This document shows, piece after piece, positions 36,865-46,626 of a DNA stretch of 64,000 nt. The translations under genes were made by a program, and so were the position numbers. The stretch is from an uncultured Gammaproteobacteria bacterium (GTDB lineage: Bacteria; Patescibacteriota; Microgenomatia; Levybacterales; UBA12049), in the NCBI GenBank assembly GCA_964507055.1, contig CAZDOJ010000001.1, positions 785,313-849,312 of the forward strand, given 5' to 3'. The stretch's first letter is position 1. Each line of letters begins with the position of its first letter. The notes beneath the pieces are model-generated. The model saw only the letters and a list, made by a program, of their open reading frames with translations, was not told where the DNA came from and searched no databases.

Positions 36865-37290
36865 TTATTTCTTTCTTTCCGCAAGATATTCTTTCAGTCG
36901 TATTGCAACAATTTTCCGAATTAATGGAAATGGCAATGGTTCATTAATTGGAAATTGAATTGTTCCTTTCCCTGAGGTATTGTACCTCGCAGTTTCTGGA
37001 AACTTTTTAACCATTTCATCAGTAAAAGGATAAAGAGAAATATGTTTTTTCCATGCCGCAAAATAAATAATATAATCACCATTGAGAAAAAATGTTGGCA
37101 TATTATAACGAATCCCTTCCTCAACATTGGGGATTTCTTCTTCAATAGTTTTTTTCAACGCATATAAAATGAGTTGCACTTCTTTAGGAAAAGTTTTTAT
37201 ATAACTATCAATAGTACCAATTTCATTTGCCATAGAATATTTCTTTATTTGTGTTTTTAGTATATCACTAACTCTTGCTATCTCTTGCAT
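36865..37290 (-). CDS. DUF1801 (YdhG-like) domain protein
   Basis: 'GIRYNMPTFFLNGDYIIYFAAWKKHISLYP' matches the DUF1801 core. Confidence 0.5.
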   Translation of the reverse strand: MQEIARVSDILKTQIKKYSMANEIGTIDSYIKTFPKEVQLILYALKKTIEEEIPNVEEGIRYNMPTFFLNGDYIIYFAAWKKHISLYPFTDEMVKKFPETARYNTSGKGTIQFPINEPLPFPLIRKIVAIRLKEYLAERKK

Positions 37291-37306
37291 ATACAGTTAT
37301 GCTCAT

Positions 37307-37798
37307 GTGAGAATTATGAATTTACAAAGATTTCGTGCACAAAAGGTAGCTGTATTCCAGGGACTACTTCTCGGATTCCTCATTTTTCTATTGAATTGCG
37401 TTTTAGTCTTCGTATACATGGATGAAACCACACATAACCTTCTTAGTTATATCCCGATTCTTTTAATATTGGGCTTTGCTGGAAGAACTGGATATTTACG
37501 AATGAAACAAACGAAGAATAGTAGCTATGCTATCCAAAGCAGCATTCTTACAGCAAGTATAGGTTTATTGCTGGGTTTTGGAAGTCTCTTTATACTCACA
37601 TTCTCATTCATAGATGTTGTCAGAAATAATCCACTCACCTTGCAAAACTTTCAACTGAGTGGACAAAAAAACTTGGATACATTTATAAGAGATACTGTTA
37701 TTCAAGCGACAATAGCCTCGGTACCCGTAAGTATAATCTTGGGAATTATTTCCGGAGCCTTTGGAGCATTACATTATAGAACTCAAATTAAAAGATAG
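37307..37798 (+). CDS. Hypothetical polytopic membrane protein
   Basis: Four hydrophobic helices. Confidence 0.4.
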   Translation: MRIMNLQRFRAQKVAVFQGLLLGFLIFLLNCVLVFVYMDETTHNLLSYIPILLILGFAGRTGYLRMKQTKNSSYAIQSSILTASIGLLLGFGSLFILTFSFIDVVRNNPLTLQNFQLSGQKNLDTFIRDTVIQATIASVPVSIILGIISGAFGALHYRTQIKR

Positions 37799-37856
37799 TA
37801 CTAAGCTGGAACTTCTAGTAGTTCGAATCCAGGATGTTTCATGTAAGAGGTGGAGC

Positions 37857-38468
37857 CTAATGATTTGCTATTACCAAGTCGAATGATTTTCGTGGCCGGA
37901 CTTTAGAAAAATAGTAATCTTCAGCTATATCCCATCGTCCATGCCAATCGTTCATATATTCTTCGCTTTCTCTTTTTCTAAGCCTTGCTCTTCTATTTGC
38001 ATCATCAGGAACTTCAACTAAAATACTAAAATCAATGAGATCTTGTAGTTCAGGACGTGTAGAATATGCTCCATCAAGCACTATCAAAGGCTTGGGATCA
38101 CTATGAAGCATATTTTGAGATAATCCATGCCCCGCTTTCCAGTCAAATGGTTGCCAAGAAGCTGATTTACCCGCTAGCAACGGCTCCAATACTTCTGATC
38201 TAATACGCTTCCAATCAATAGCCAATGCAGCTTTTTCTTTTGGACTTTTTTTATCCCATTCATCATTGGAACCACCTGTCCAAAAATCATCTGCAATGAT
38301 TTCTACTCCTCCCAGACGTTCAGCGATTTTCTTTGCAATAGTGGATTTACCAGTACCACTTCTTCCATCAAGTGCCACAAGCATTGGTTTGTTACCTTTT
38401 TTTATAATCTCATCAATAGCAGAGATTGCTTTTTCAATACCTGGATTTGTAGCTAACCTTTCACTCAT
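37857..38468 (-). CDS. P-loop nucleoside/nucleotide kinase-like ATPase (uridine-kinase-like fold)
   Basis: Walker A 'LDGRSGTGKST' and a 'VLDGAYS' Walker-B-like strand. Pattern as in the uridine/cytidine kinase superfamily. Confidence 0.55.
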   Translation of the reverse strand: MSERLATNPGIEKAISAIDEIIKKGNKPMLVALDGRSGTGKSTIAKKIAERLGGVEIIADDFWTGGSNDEWDKKSPKEKAALAIDWKRIRSEVLEPLLAGKSASWQPFDWKAGHGLSQNMLHSDPKPLIVLDGAYSTRPELQDLIDFSILVEVPDDANRRARLRKRESEEYMNDWHGRWDIAEDYYFSKVRPRKSFDLVIANH

Positions 38469-38555
38469 ATTTGAAGTATATCAAATGTCTGAATCTGAGG
38501 TAGGTTATTTGCTGAGCGTGCGGGTCAAGACCTGTTTTATCGTTATAGCGAATAT

Positions 38556-39380
38556 TTATGCCTCAAGATCAAGATCGACAATACACATATGGTGATCTGA
38601 GTTTGCTTTTCTTATTTCAACGTTTTTTAGTTCCCAATGTTTTGTAAAAAGAATATGATCTTGCTGTCCCTTTCCTGGTGTTGTTTCTGTGTCTTCGAAA
38701 GCTTCTTTGTATTTATTATTTTCAAAAACATCAGGTAGAATTTTTCGCAGACTAGAATAATTGAAATCTCCTAAAACAACTGTTGGGTTCGTTGAAAAAG
38801 GAACAAGTAATTCAGTTATATCATCTCTTATCTTCTGAAACTCTGGCTCATCATAGTCTCTTTCAAAATAATGAAATGGTGCTAAGTGACAATTCATGAC
38901 AACGATCTTTTCTTCATTATAAGAAATTGTGGTAACTAAAAATCCTACATCGAATGTTATCCATGTATCTCCGTTAGGTCTTATTATCGTAAGGTTGGGA
39001 TTTGGTAATTGATGAAAGAAAGAATTTATAATTTTAAACTTACTAAGCGTTGCTAAGGACAATTTATTGCCTTCTTTAATGTGTGATCTTCCATAAGGAT
39101 GGTTCTCAAAAAATTTATATCCTAATTCTTTTGCCAATATTCCTGAATGAGTTTTTGAGTCATCTTCATTGTGTGTATGTGCTTCTTGTAATGCAACTAC
39201 ATCGGGATTCAGTTGCTTTATTTGATGTTTGAAATACTGAAGATCCTCTTTCTCATAATTAAGTGCGTCTTCTATTGCTCCAGAAAAAGTATGTCCACCA
39301 GCGATGTTCCAAGATAAAACCTTCATTACGGGGTTATTATAACAAAAATTAAGCAGGAAAGAGAGTTTAGAACCAAACAA
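38556..39380 (-). CDS. Endonuclease/exonuclease/phosphatase (EEP) family protein
   Basis: 'LSWNI' N-terminal motif, 'VALQE' catalytic Glu motif, and C-terminal 'SDH'. Confidence 0.7.
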   Translation of the reverse strand: MFGSKLSFLLNFCYNNPVMKVLSWNIAGGHTFSGAIEDALNYEKEDLQYFKHQIKQLNPDVVALQEAHTHNEDDSKTHSGILAKELGYKFFENHPYGRSHIKEGNKLSLATLSKFKIINSFFHQLPNPNLTIIRPNGDTWITFDVGFLVTTISYNEEKIVVMNCHLAPFHYFERDYDEPEFQKIRDDITELLVPFSTNPTVVLGDFNYSSLRKILPDVFENNKYKEAFEDTETTPGKGQQDHILFTKHWELKNVEIRKANSDHHMCIVDLDLEA

Positions 39381-39503
39381 TCATTATAAGAGTGTACTTT
39401 GTTACTGTATAGTAATAATTTAAGTCTCAACAAGGATATTTTGCCACTTCAATTTTACCTTGAGGGTACTGAATCGTAGCTTTAGGGTTATAGTCCGATT
39501 TTG

Positions 39504-39574
39504 CTGCTGGACCAGGATTCGAACCTAGATAAACGGATTCAGAGTCCGTTGTCCTACCATTAGACGATCCAGCA
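39504..39574 (-). tRNA. tRNA-Gln (anticodon CUG)
   Basis: Hand-folded cloverleaf on the minus strand: acceptor UGCUGGA/UCCAGCA with the U1-A72 typical of bacterial tRNA-Gln, D-stem GUCU/GGAC, anticodon stem ACGGA/UCCGU with loop CUCUGAA, T-arm CUAGG-UUCGAAU-CCUGG, discriminator G. CCA is not encoded. Confidence 0.8.
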
Positions 39575-39622
39575 ATATTGAACAATGAAGCTATTTTACT
39601 AAATATAGGTGCAAAAAGCTAT

Positions 39623-40222
39623 TTATAATCCCTTCAAGACACGCCTATGTAACCGTGTATTTTTATTTCTCACTCTGTTAAATTCTTCACGAACCATGCC
39701 TGCACGATCAGCCAAGACATCCTGAGTAACGATAGTTTTTCCATTTTGTGTAAATTCATCTTGTGCACTGTCTACTTTTACAGACGCAGTACCATCTATA
39801 AGAAGTGTTCGTCGTTTTGCAGTTGCTTTCAGCTGCGAGACTAAAATATCTGAAATAGTAACAAATACTCCTGGATCATCTGCAATCATGTTCCAGAGAG
39901 TAGGTTTATCTACTTCAATTAACTCTGCTTCTGTAGCAGTATGAGCAGTATTTGTATAATGTGTTGAGTCAAATATTTCCCCTCCAACAATATTTCCCTC
40001 ATTATATATACCAAGGACAAGTCCTCTTCCATTTTTACTTCGGCTATCTGCTTCAGGATTATTCTGAAATCTTGTATAAACAGTTCCAGATTTTACAATA
40101 TAAATTGATTCTCCATGATCACCTTGCTGATAAATTTTCTTTTTTGCAGGAAGATAAAACTCTTCTCCATAAGAACCTGCTTTTTCAATAATATTTAATA
40201 TCCCTCGCTCTGAAGTTGCCAT
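39623..40222 (-). CDS. Crp/Fnr-family transcriptional regulator (cNMP-binding domain plus C-terminal HTH)
   Basis: N-terminal cNMP-binding beta-roll ('GDHGESIYIVKSGTV') and a C-terminal 'TQDVLADRAGMVREEFNRV' HTH-like segment. Confidence 0.55.
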   Translation of the reverse strand: MATSERGILNIIEKAGSYGEEFYLPAKKKIYQQGDHGESIYIVKSGTVYTRFQNNPEADSRSKNGRGLVLGIYNEGNIVGGEIFDSTHYTNTAHTATEAELIEVDKPTLWNMIADDPGVFVTISDILVSQLKATAKRRTLLIDGTASVKVDSAQDEFTQNGKTIVTQDVLADRAGMVREEFNRVRNKNTRLHRRVLKGL

Positions 40223-40272
40223 AATAGCGGATTATAACAAAACACCACATAAAATGAAAGCTTATAGTATGA

Positions 40273-40641
40273 TTAGCGGAAAAGTTTGAGGACGTAGGGG
40301 AGGAAGATTAATCCACCGATAACGGCAGCGGCAAGAGCTGTTAGAAGTACCATGCCTGCTGATACATCCTTGGCAATCTTTGCCTCTTGGCGGTGTTCTT
40401 TCGTAATCAGATCGACCATTTTTTCAATGGCAGAATTAACCATCTCAGCGGAAATAACCATCATAATGGTTAAACCTAAAATACCCATTTCAAACGGCGT
40501 CACTTTGAGTGCGACACTGGCATTGATAACGAGCAAACCGACGATAAAATGAGCCAAAAGGTTCTGATCGTTTCGGAACACATAGTGAATTCCCTCAAAC
40601 GCGTATTTAAATGACCTGATAAATCTTCGAGGACTAAGCAT
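40273..40641 (-). CDS. dgkA: Diacylglycerol / undecaprenol kinase
   Basis: 122-aa, 3-TM protein with the DgkA 'AFEGIHY...N' N-terminal amphipathic helix and the 'ISAEMVNSAIE' motif. Confidence 0.8.
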   Translation of the reverse strand: MLSPRRFIRSFKYAFEGIHYVFRNDQNLLAHFIVGLLVINASVALKVTPFEMGILGLTIMMVISAEMVNSAIEKMVDLITKEHRQEAKIAKDVSAGMVLLTALAAAVIGGLIFLPYVLKLFR

Positions 40642-40644
40642 AAT

Positions 40645-41229
40645 TTATGAAAAAGTTTTTGCTAGAGCGTATATACACAATGATAGCAGAATGCCCAGCA
40701 ATCCTCCAACCACTGTTTCTGGTAAGGTATGTCTTTTAATCCGTAAACGAGCCCACGCAACCAGAGGGATCAAAAAGAGCGTAGCAAGATACCAACCGTT
40801 ATAGATAATTGCCAATGCAAAAATTAACGCAGAAATCGTTGCAACATGCATACTTGCCTTCAATCGTGTATTGATAATACTTGCCAAACCAATACCAATG
40901 AGAATCCCAATAGTTATGACAACAAGAGCATTGGGTCCATTAAAGATAAATAATCCGCCCAGATAAAATACTGCCAAAACACCACTGACAAGAAAGAGTA
41001 ATGGACGTTGTGTCCTTTTTGAGACATCCATATTTGTAAAGATTTTTTTCTTTACACAATACGCGATAAATAGTGTCATTGCTGAAAGAAAAATTGCTGT
41101 ATATGCTGTCCATAATGAAGCGTAAACGATATCGTCTCCATTTTTAAGAAGGATGAAAAAAGGCACAAGAAGCAAAAGGAAAACAGGATTAAGCACAAAA
41201 GAAATAAAATGTGCGAGTGAGTTACTCAT
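40645..41229 (-). CDS. PAP2-family membrane phosphatase (undecaprenyl-diphosphatase / PgpB-like)
   Basis: Start re-assigned to the ATG in the ATGAGTAA overlap with the gltX stop. The C3-like motif is 'ARLRIKRHTLPE' (SRx5Hx3D variant), with 'KASMH' and 'KRTQRP' as weaker C2 and C1 matches. Confidence 0.45.
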   Translation of the reverse strand: MSNSLAHFISFVLNPVFLLLLVPFFILLKNGDDIVYASLWTAYTAIFLSAMTLFIAYCVKKKIFTNMDVSKRTQRPLLFLVSGVLAVFYLGGLFIFNGPNALVVITIGILIGIGLASIINTRLKASMHVATISALIFALAIIYNGWYLATLFLIPLVAWARLRIKRHTLPETVVGGLLGILLSLCIYALAKTFS

Positions 41230-42610
41230 GGTGTATCGCTGAATCAAGTTTTGCGAGAACTGCATCCTTTCCGAGAATTGCAAGTGACTCCGGTAAAGGC
41301 AATCCCCTTTCTTGACCTGTTACTATTTTATATAAAATTGGCATCTTGATGCTATGCTCTTTTAGAATAACCCGTAAAGCATCCATAATAGTGTCTTTAT
41401 TCCAATCTTCAACTGACTCAAATCTCTTCATCATAGCCTGAGCAATCGATGCTTCTTTTTCATCAGAGATATGAAATTTTGCATCAGGCAGAAAATGTCT
41501 AATCTGTGGATAGAATTCTTTTAATGTAGCGATACGCGATTGTGCTATGAGGACAATTTCTCGCAATGTATTTTCATCAAGCGATGCAAAATATTCCAAC
41601 GGATAAAACTTCTTTAATGCATGTTCTAAATCTTCAATCTTCATTTCTCGGATGTATTCACCATTCATCCATGTCAATTTCGTTAAATCAAAAATAGGAC
41701 CAACCTGCTTAATATCTTTTAAATCAAAAACTGCAATAAATTCATCAAGTGAGAAAATTTCTTTTTCTTCAGGATGGCTCCATCCCATCAGTGCTAAAAA
41801 GTTAAGAATTGCTTGTGGGAGAAATCCTTCTTCTATGAACCACGTAACATTTGTGTGACCATGTCTTTTGGATAATTTTGATTTATCTGGATTACGCAAT
41901 GTCGGAGTATGATACAGTTTTGGTATATCCCATCCGAAATATTGATACAATAAAACATGCTTTGGAGCGGAAGAAATCCATTCTTCTCCTCGAACAACAT
42001 GCGTTACACCCATTTCATGATCATCGACAACTGCAGCTAAATGATAGGTAGGATATCCGTCAGATTTAAGGATAACTTGCTCGGTAACTTGATCTGGTGC
42101 AAAAGTGATTTCGCCTCGAATTTCGTCTTGAACGACAACTTCTTTTGATTTATCGACACGCATTCGTAAAATCCAATCTCCTCTCTCAATCATTTCCTCC
42201 ACAGTCTTAGGAGGTTCTTCTGTTGTTTCGGTTACAGCCTTTACTTCTTTTTGTGTGTAGTCTTTCTTCTGACCAGCTTCAGCTTTTGCATAATACGCAA
42301 AGTACGCAAGATCTTTATCAATAAGTTGTTGAGCATATTTATGGTATATTGCCAAACGCTCTGATTGTCGATATGGTCCGTTCTCTCCACCTTTTCGTAC
42401 ACTTTCATCTTCACTTAGGCCAAACCAGTCAAGTGCAGAAAAAATGACATCCTCGGAACCTTCAACAAAACGTGCTCTATCGGTATCTTCTATACGAACG
42501 AGAAACTTGCCATTGAGCTTTTTTGCATAGGCATAATTAAATAGAGCTTGATAAATAGTCCCAATATGTGGATATCCAGTCGGACTTGGTGCAATTCTTG
42601 TTCTAACCAT
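41222..42610 (-). CDS. gltX: Glutamate--tRNA ligase
   Basis: HIGH motif 'PTGYPHIGT', KMSKS 'KLSKRHG'. 462 aa of class-I GluRS architecture. Confidence 0.9.
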   Translation of the reverse strand: MVRTRIAPSPTGYPHIGTIYQALFNYAYAKKLNGKFLVRIEDTDRARFVEGSEDVIFSALDWFGLSEDESVRKGGENGPYRQSERLAIYHKYAQQLIDKDLAYFAYYAKAEAGQKKDYTQKEVKAVTETTEEPPKTVEEMIERGDWILRMRVDKSKEVVVQDEIRGEITFAPDQVTEQVILKSDGYPTYHLAAVVDDHEMGVTHVVRGEEWISSAPKHVLLYQYFGWDIPKLYHTPTLRNPDKSKLSKRHGHTNVTWFIEEGFLPQAILNFLALMGWSHPEEKEIFSLDEFIAVFDLKDIKQVGPIFDLTKLTWMNGEYIREMKIEDLEHALKKFYPLEYFASLDENTLREIVLIAQSRIATLKEFYPQIRHFLPDAKFHISDEKEASIAQAMMKRFESVEDWNKDTIMDALRVILKEHSIKMPILYKIVTGQERGLPLPESLAILGKDAVLAKLDSAIHHE

Positions 42611-42648
42611 TCTTGCATTATAGGTAAAATTTACCCTATACTCAAGTT

Positions 42649-43815
42649 ATGACCCTACATAATACTGCCGAGTTCATGAAGAAAGCTGGAATAGCATCTT
42701 CAATAGGCTTGGGCGGAATCATCCTTATCGTTATTTTCTTCAGAATTGGTATAGTTGTTAAGAACATTTTGTTCCCACCAAAAATAGAACCAGCAAACCA
42801 AGCCTATGGAAAGATACCCTTTCTTGAATTTCCTCAAAGTACTGTCGATGGAGATTTTACATATACTATAGATACTCTTTCAGGTACTCTCCCAGAATTC
42901 CCGGATAGAGTAAATGTTTACCCAGTTATCAATAATCCACCGAACCTTTTGAATTTAGATTCAGTTAAAAAGAAAATTGTTGCTATGAAAATGATTGATA
43001 CGACAGGTAATCCATTGCCTGAAATTCCACGAGGAGGACCTATGTATGAATGGGATGAAACAACCGGACTTGAGCGAAAAGTTATTTTTGATATCGTATC
43101 GTTAAACTTTACACTGACATCAGAATATCTCAGTTCCAATACAGTTCTTCGAGCAAATAGATTTAGAGATCTTCAAGACGAAACAGCTGCTGTGCCGACA
43201 GTACAATCATTCTTGGAAGATATTACTTCATACCCTGATGATGTTGATTTAGAAAAAACCCGTAATCCTGATCCAAAAGTGAATTATGTCACCAAACCGC
43301 AAATGTTCACAATCCAAGGAAGTGAACTCATACCAGCAACGAGTCTTTCCAACGCACAAGTAATTAGAGTTGACCTGTATCAAAAAGATGTTGCATACGA
43401 TCTTGAAGCCGGTCGTGAAGGAGATCTTACCAAATTCAGAAAATTTGAAATGAATATGCCAATCCTCTATCCAAAGCCTCCATACTCAACAATGAACTTT
43501 CTTGTAGCATCTGGAAATAATTCTGTTGAAATAGTATCAGCGATTTATAATCATAAAGCATTGAATTTAAAACCTGATGAAATAGGTACCTACCCTATTA
43601 AAACCGCAGAAGAAGCATTTAAGGACCTTCAAGATGGAAGCGGATACGTCGCTGCATATAGCGGTGGAGATAACCAGATACTTATCAATAATATCTATCT
43701 AGCATATTTCCTTGGAGAAGCGGAGCAAGAATATCTTATGCCTATTGTTGTCTTCGAGGGACCAAATGGATTCTTTGCATATGTAAATGCTGTGAAAGAC
43801 GAAGCACTTGAATAA
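42649..43815 (+). CDS. Hypothetical membrane-anchored or secreted protein
   Basis: N-terminal TM. No motif recognised. Confidence 0.4.
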   Translation: MTLHNTAEFMKKAGIASSIGLGGIILIVIFFRIGIVVKNILFPPKIEPANQAYGKIPFLEFPQSTVDGDFTYTIDTLSGTLPEFPDRVNVYPVINNPPNLLNLDSVKKKIVAMKMIDTTGNPLPEIPRGGPMYEWDETTGLERKVIFDIVSLNFTLTSEYLSSNTVLRANRFRDLQDETAAVPTVQSFLEDITSYPDDVDLEKTRNPDPKVNYVTKPQMFTIQGSELIPATSLSNAQVIRVDLYQKDVAYDLEAGREGDLTKFRKFEMNMPILYPKPPYSTMNFLVASGNNSVEIVSAIYNHKALNLKPDEIGTYPIKTAEEAFKDLQDGSGYVAAYSGGDNQILINNIYLAYFLGEAEQEYLMPIVVFEGPNGFFAYVNAVKDEALE

Positions 43816-43816
43816 A

Positions 43817-45100
43817 CTATTTATTATCAAGTGACTCAAGCGAAGGTGAAACATACTGTACATTCTCTTCAATAAAATCCATCAAAATACCTGTATCTGT
43901 AAACCGATCCTGACTCTGCATAACGACAATAATGTAGGTATGTCCATTTTTAACAGTTGATGTTACGAGCACTTCACCAGCACCTTCAGTCGTTCCTGTT
44001 TTGATACCAGTAACACCTTCAGATCCCAGTAATCTATTTAAATTTGCTAAAGGATATGTCCGCATATATGAGAGATCGCTAATTGTTTTATAACGAGTTG
44101 AGGTAATCTCTGTAAAAACAGGATGCGTAATTGCATGGGAAGCAAGTCGAGAAAGATCGACAACTGTTGTGTAATCTCCATCATCATCCAATCCTGAGGG
44201 ATCTGCGTAATGTGTTTTAGTCAAATGAAGCGATGCAGCTTTATCATTCATTTTTTTGATGAAAGCATCAGAACCACCTGGGTAATTATCAGCAATCGCC
44301 TGTGCTGCATCATTTGCGGAAGGCAACATCATTGCATAGAGAAGATCTTTAAAACGAAACTTATCACCTGGAACTAATCCCAAACCTGAACCCTCAACTC
44401 CAGAGGATTTAATAGTTAAAATAGCATCCAAGGCATAATAGTCTAAGCCTGTCAAAGCAGTCATGATTTTTGTTGTTGATGCCATTGAAAAACGCAATTG
44501 CGGATTCTTTGAGTAAAGTATTACTTGTGAATCAGCATCAACGATGATTGCTGCATTTGCGGATATTACAGGCTGTTCAACCTTTTGGACAAAAGGGTAT
44601 GGATTTACTTTTGTTGTAACACCTGAAGCATGAAATTCTTCATCGGCGACTGTAGTAAACATTTGGCTATTAATGACATTTAGCGTAACCAGAATCATAA
44701 GCAAAATAAGTGGGAACAAAATCAACTGGAGATCGGACTCATTCTTCTGCAGGAACTTCCGCATATTTTTGTGTCGACGAACAAAGCGTAACTTAGAAAG
44801 TGGGATGGGTTTGAACGAAAATTTGAGCGATGAAATTTTTGTTAAAAGCGGTGTAAACAGTTTCTTTATTTCGCCCCCATTGAAAGTTATATTTTCATTT
44901 ATGGATGAAGTTGTGTGTTTTTCAGCTAATTCTTTCAGTGCGGATTCAACAATAACATCTTTCGGCTTTGAAGAAGCCTTAGAAGATACGTCTTTTTGCT
45001 TATTTGGTTTTGCTTTTACGAACTTTTTCGTTTTTTTCTTCGATAGCTGAAAATCTTTCATCGACACGCTCCATATCTCGTGGGAACATAGCTGCCTCAC
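43817..45100 (-). CDS. D-alanyl-D-alanine carboxypeptidase (peptidase S11), second copy. The true start is probably internal (Met near 44764) with a TM anchor; the upstream in-frame Lys-rich region overlaps the AsxRS gene
   Basis: SxxK 'STTK', SxN 'SAND', KTG 'KTGTT'. The signal anchor 'LILFPLILLMILV' follows the internal Met. Confidence 0.7.
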   Translation of the reverse strand: MRQLCSHEIWSVSMKDFQLSKKKTKKFVKAKPNKQKDVSSKASSKPKDVIVESALKELAEKHTTSSINENITFNGGEIKKLFTPLLTKISSLKFSFKPIPLSKLRFVRRHKNMRKFLQKNESDLQLILFPLILLMILVTLNVINSQMFTTVADEEFHASGVTTKVNPYPFVQKVEQPVISANAAIIVDADSQVILYSKNPQLRFSMASTTKIMTALTGLDYYALDAILTIKSSGVEGSGLGLVPGDKFRFKDLLYAMMLPSANDAAQAIADNYPGGSDAFIKKMNDKAASLHLTKTHYADPSGLDDDGDYTTVVDLSRLASHAITHPVFTEITSTRYKTISDLSYMRTYPLANLNRLLGSEGVTGIKTGTTEGAGEVLVTSTVKNGHTYIIVVMQSQDRFTDTGILMDFIEENVQYVSPSLESLDNK

Positions 45101-46430
45101 GAATGTTTTTCAGACCAAGCACCTGCATTGTGATACGTTCAGCACCAAATGCAAATCCTCCTTCAGGTGGGACTCCATATCGGAAAGCTTCCATAAACAT
45201 ACTTATTTTATTCGGATCCATTTTCCAAGCTTTCACATGATCCTGAAGCTGCTTATAGTCATTGATTCTTCTTCCACCTGACAACCACTCTACACCACGG
45301 CAGAGCAGGTCCATTCCTTCATTATACTCGGGTTCCTCAGGGTTTGGATAGACATAAAATGGCTTCTTCTTCGTTGGATATCCGTAAATGAATACCAAAT
45401 CTGATCCAGTTTCTTCTTTTACAATTGCACAAATTTCTCGTTCATCTTCAGGATTAAGATCTTTTTCTCCGCGTACATCTCTTTTCGAATGTGCATAAAT
45501 CTTTTCCTGTGCTTCACGCAAACTCATTGTCGGAGTTTTATCAATCATTACAGGAAGCTCGACACCAAATAGTTCTAACTCTTTTTTACACTTTTTATCT
45601 AACTCATTAAAAATAAATCGTACCGTTGCTTCGGCCATATCACGAACATCAGTCCATGAATCGATAAACGACATTTCGGCATCCAACGAAACAACTTCTG
45701 TGAGATGTCTTGCGGTAACACTTGGCTCTGCACGAAAAACTTTATTTACGGAGAAAACTCGCTCAAAGGCACTCATAACAATTTGCTTATAGAGCTGCGG
45801 GCTTTGCGAGAGATATGCTTTATGTTCAAAATATTCGACTTGAAAAACTTCTGCTCCACCTTCTGCAACAGCTGGTGCGATTGATGGTGCTTGGAATTCA
45901 AAGAATTCTTCTGACTTCATAAATTCTCGGAATGAATCAATGATGACTGCTTGGACTTTAAATATTGCCTGGACTTGCGGATGACGTAATGACAATGCTC
46001 GATGATCAAGAAGGGTTGGTAATTCCAAATTAAGCGTTTCCCCGCCCATATCAAACGGCAATGTCTCTGCTTCTGCGAGGACTTCTACTTCGATCGCTTC
46101 TACTTCAACTGTACCACTTGCGAGTTTTTCGTTTACCAAATGATCAGGTCGTTTTTTAACTAAACCTTTTATAGCGACAACATATTCTGGACGAAATTCA
46201 CTAGCTTTTTTATGTGCTTCCTCAGAAACTTTTGGATGAAAAACAACTTGCACTAATCCTGATCGATCACGAATATCTATAAAAATTAATTTCCCATGAT
46301 CTCGTCGAGAATGAACCCAACCTTGAAGAAGTATTTCTTTATCTATATGTTCTGGAGTTTTTGCCGCTAAGACGCGTTGAGAAACTTTCATCATGATGCA
46401 TATCATACCGGAAAACTCATCTCTTGACAA
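45000..46430 (-). CDS. Class-II aminoacyl-tRNA synthetase of the Asp/Asn subfamily (archaeal-type AspRS favoured, possibly non-discriminating; AsnRS not excluded)
   Basis: N-terminal OB-fold 'GWVHSRRDHGKLIFIDIRDRSGLVQV', flipping loop 'QSPQLYKQ', motif 2 'FRAE', motif 3 'GGFAFGAERI'. There is no GAD insertion. Confidence 0.8.
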   Translation of the reverse strand: MSRDEFSGMICIMMKVSQRVLAAKTPEHIDKEILLQGWVHSRRDHGKLIFIDIRDRSGLVQVVFHPKVSEEAHKKASEFRPEYVVAIKGLVKKRPDHLVNEKLASGTVEVEAIEVEVLAEAETLPFDMGGETLNLELPTLLDHRALSLRHPQVQAIFKVQAVIIDSFREFMKSEEFFEFQAPSIAPAVAEGGAEVFQVEYFEHKAYLSQSPQLYKQIVMSAFERVFSVNKVFRAEPSVTARHLTEVVSLDAEMSFIDSWTDVRDMAEATVRFIFNELDKKCKKELELFGVELPVMIDKTPTMSLREAQEKIYAHSKRDVRGEKDLNPEDEREICAIVKEETGSDLVFIYGYPTKKKPFYVYPNPEEPEYNEGMDLLCRGVEWLSGGRRINDYKQLQDHVKAWKMDPNKISMFMEAFRYGVPPEGGFAFGAERITMQVLGLKNIREAAMFPRDMERVDERFSAIEEKNEKVRKSKTK

Positions 46431-46531
46431 GGTGGAGCCGCTTACAATATACTTACAACAACTATATGCAAATGTATCAATCTTGCCGCCACAATTTTAT
46501 GATTAAGAATCTCTACGTCCTTTGGACAAAC

Positions 46532-46609
46532 GGGAGATTGGTGACGTGATACATACAAGAAAAGTATAAAAACAAAAAACCAATCTCCTCAAAGTAGGAG
46601 ATTTTTTTT
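46532..46609 (+). promoter_or_regulatory. Candidate transcription-attenuation leader: intrinsic terminator (ATCTCCT-caaagt-AGGAGAT plus U8) with an upstream alternative pairing GGGAGATTGG:CCAATCTCC (antiterminator)
   Basis: Read directly: 46532-46541 is complementary to 46580-46588, which forms the 5' arm of the terminator hairpin at 46583-46609. It lies 18 nt upstream of the start of the 46627-48084 gene. Confidence 0.35.
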
Positions 46610-46626
46610 GGAAAGAAGACAAAATT

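Noticed and set aside
37811-37835. 'AGTTCGAATCC' resembling a tRNA T-loop
   Set aside because: The flanking sequence cannot form a T-stem or cloverleaf. It is probably part of a hairpin between convergent genes.
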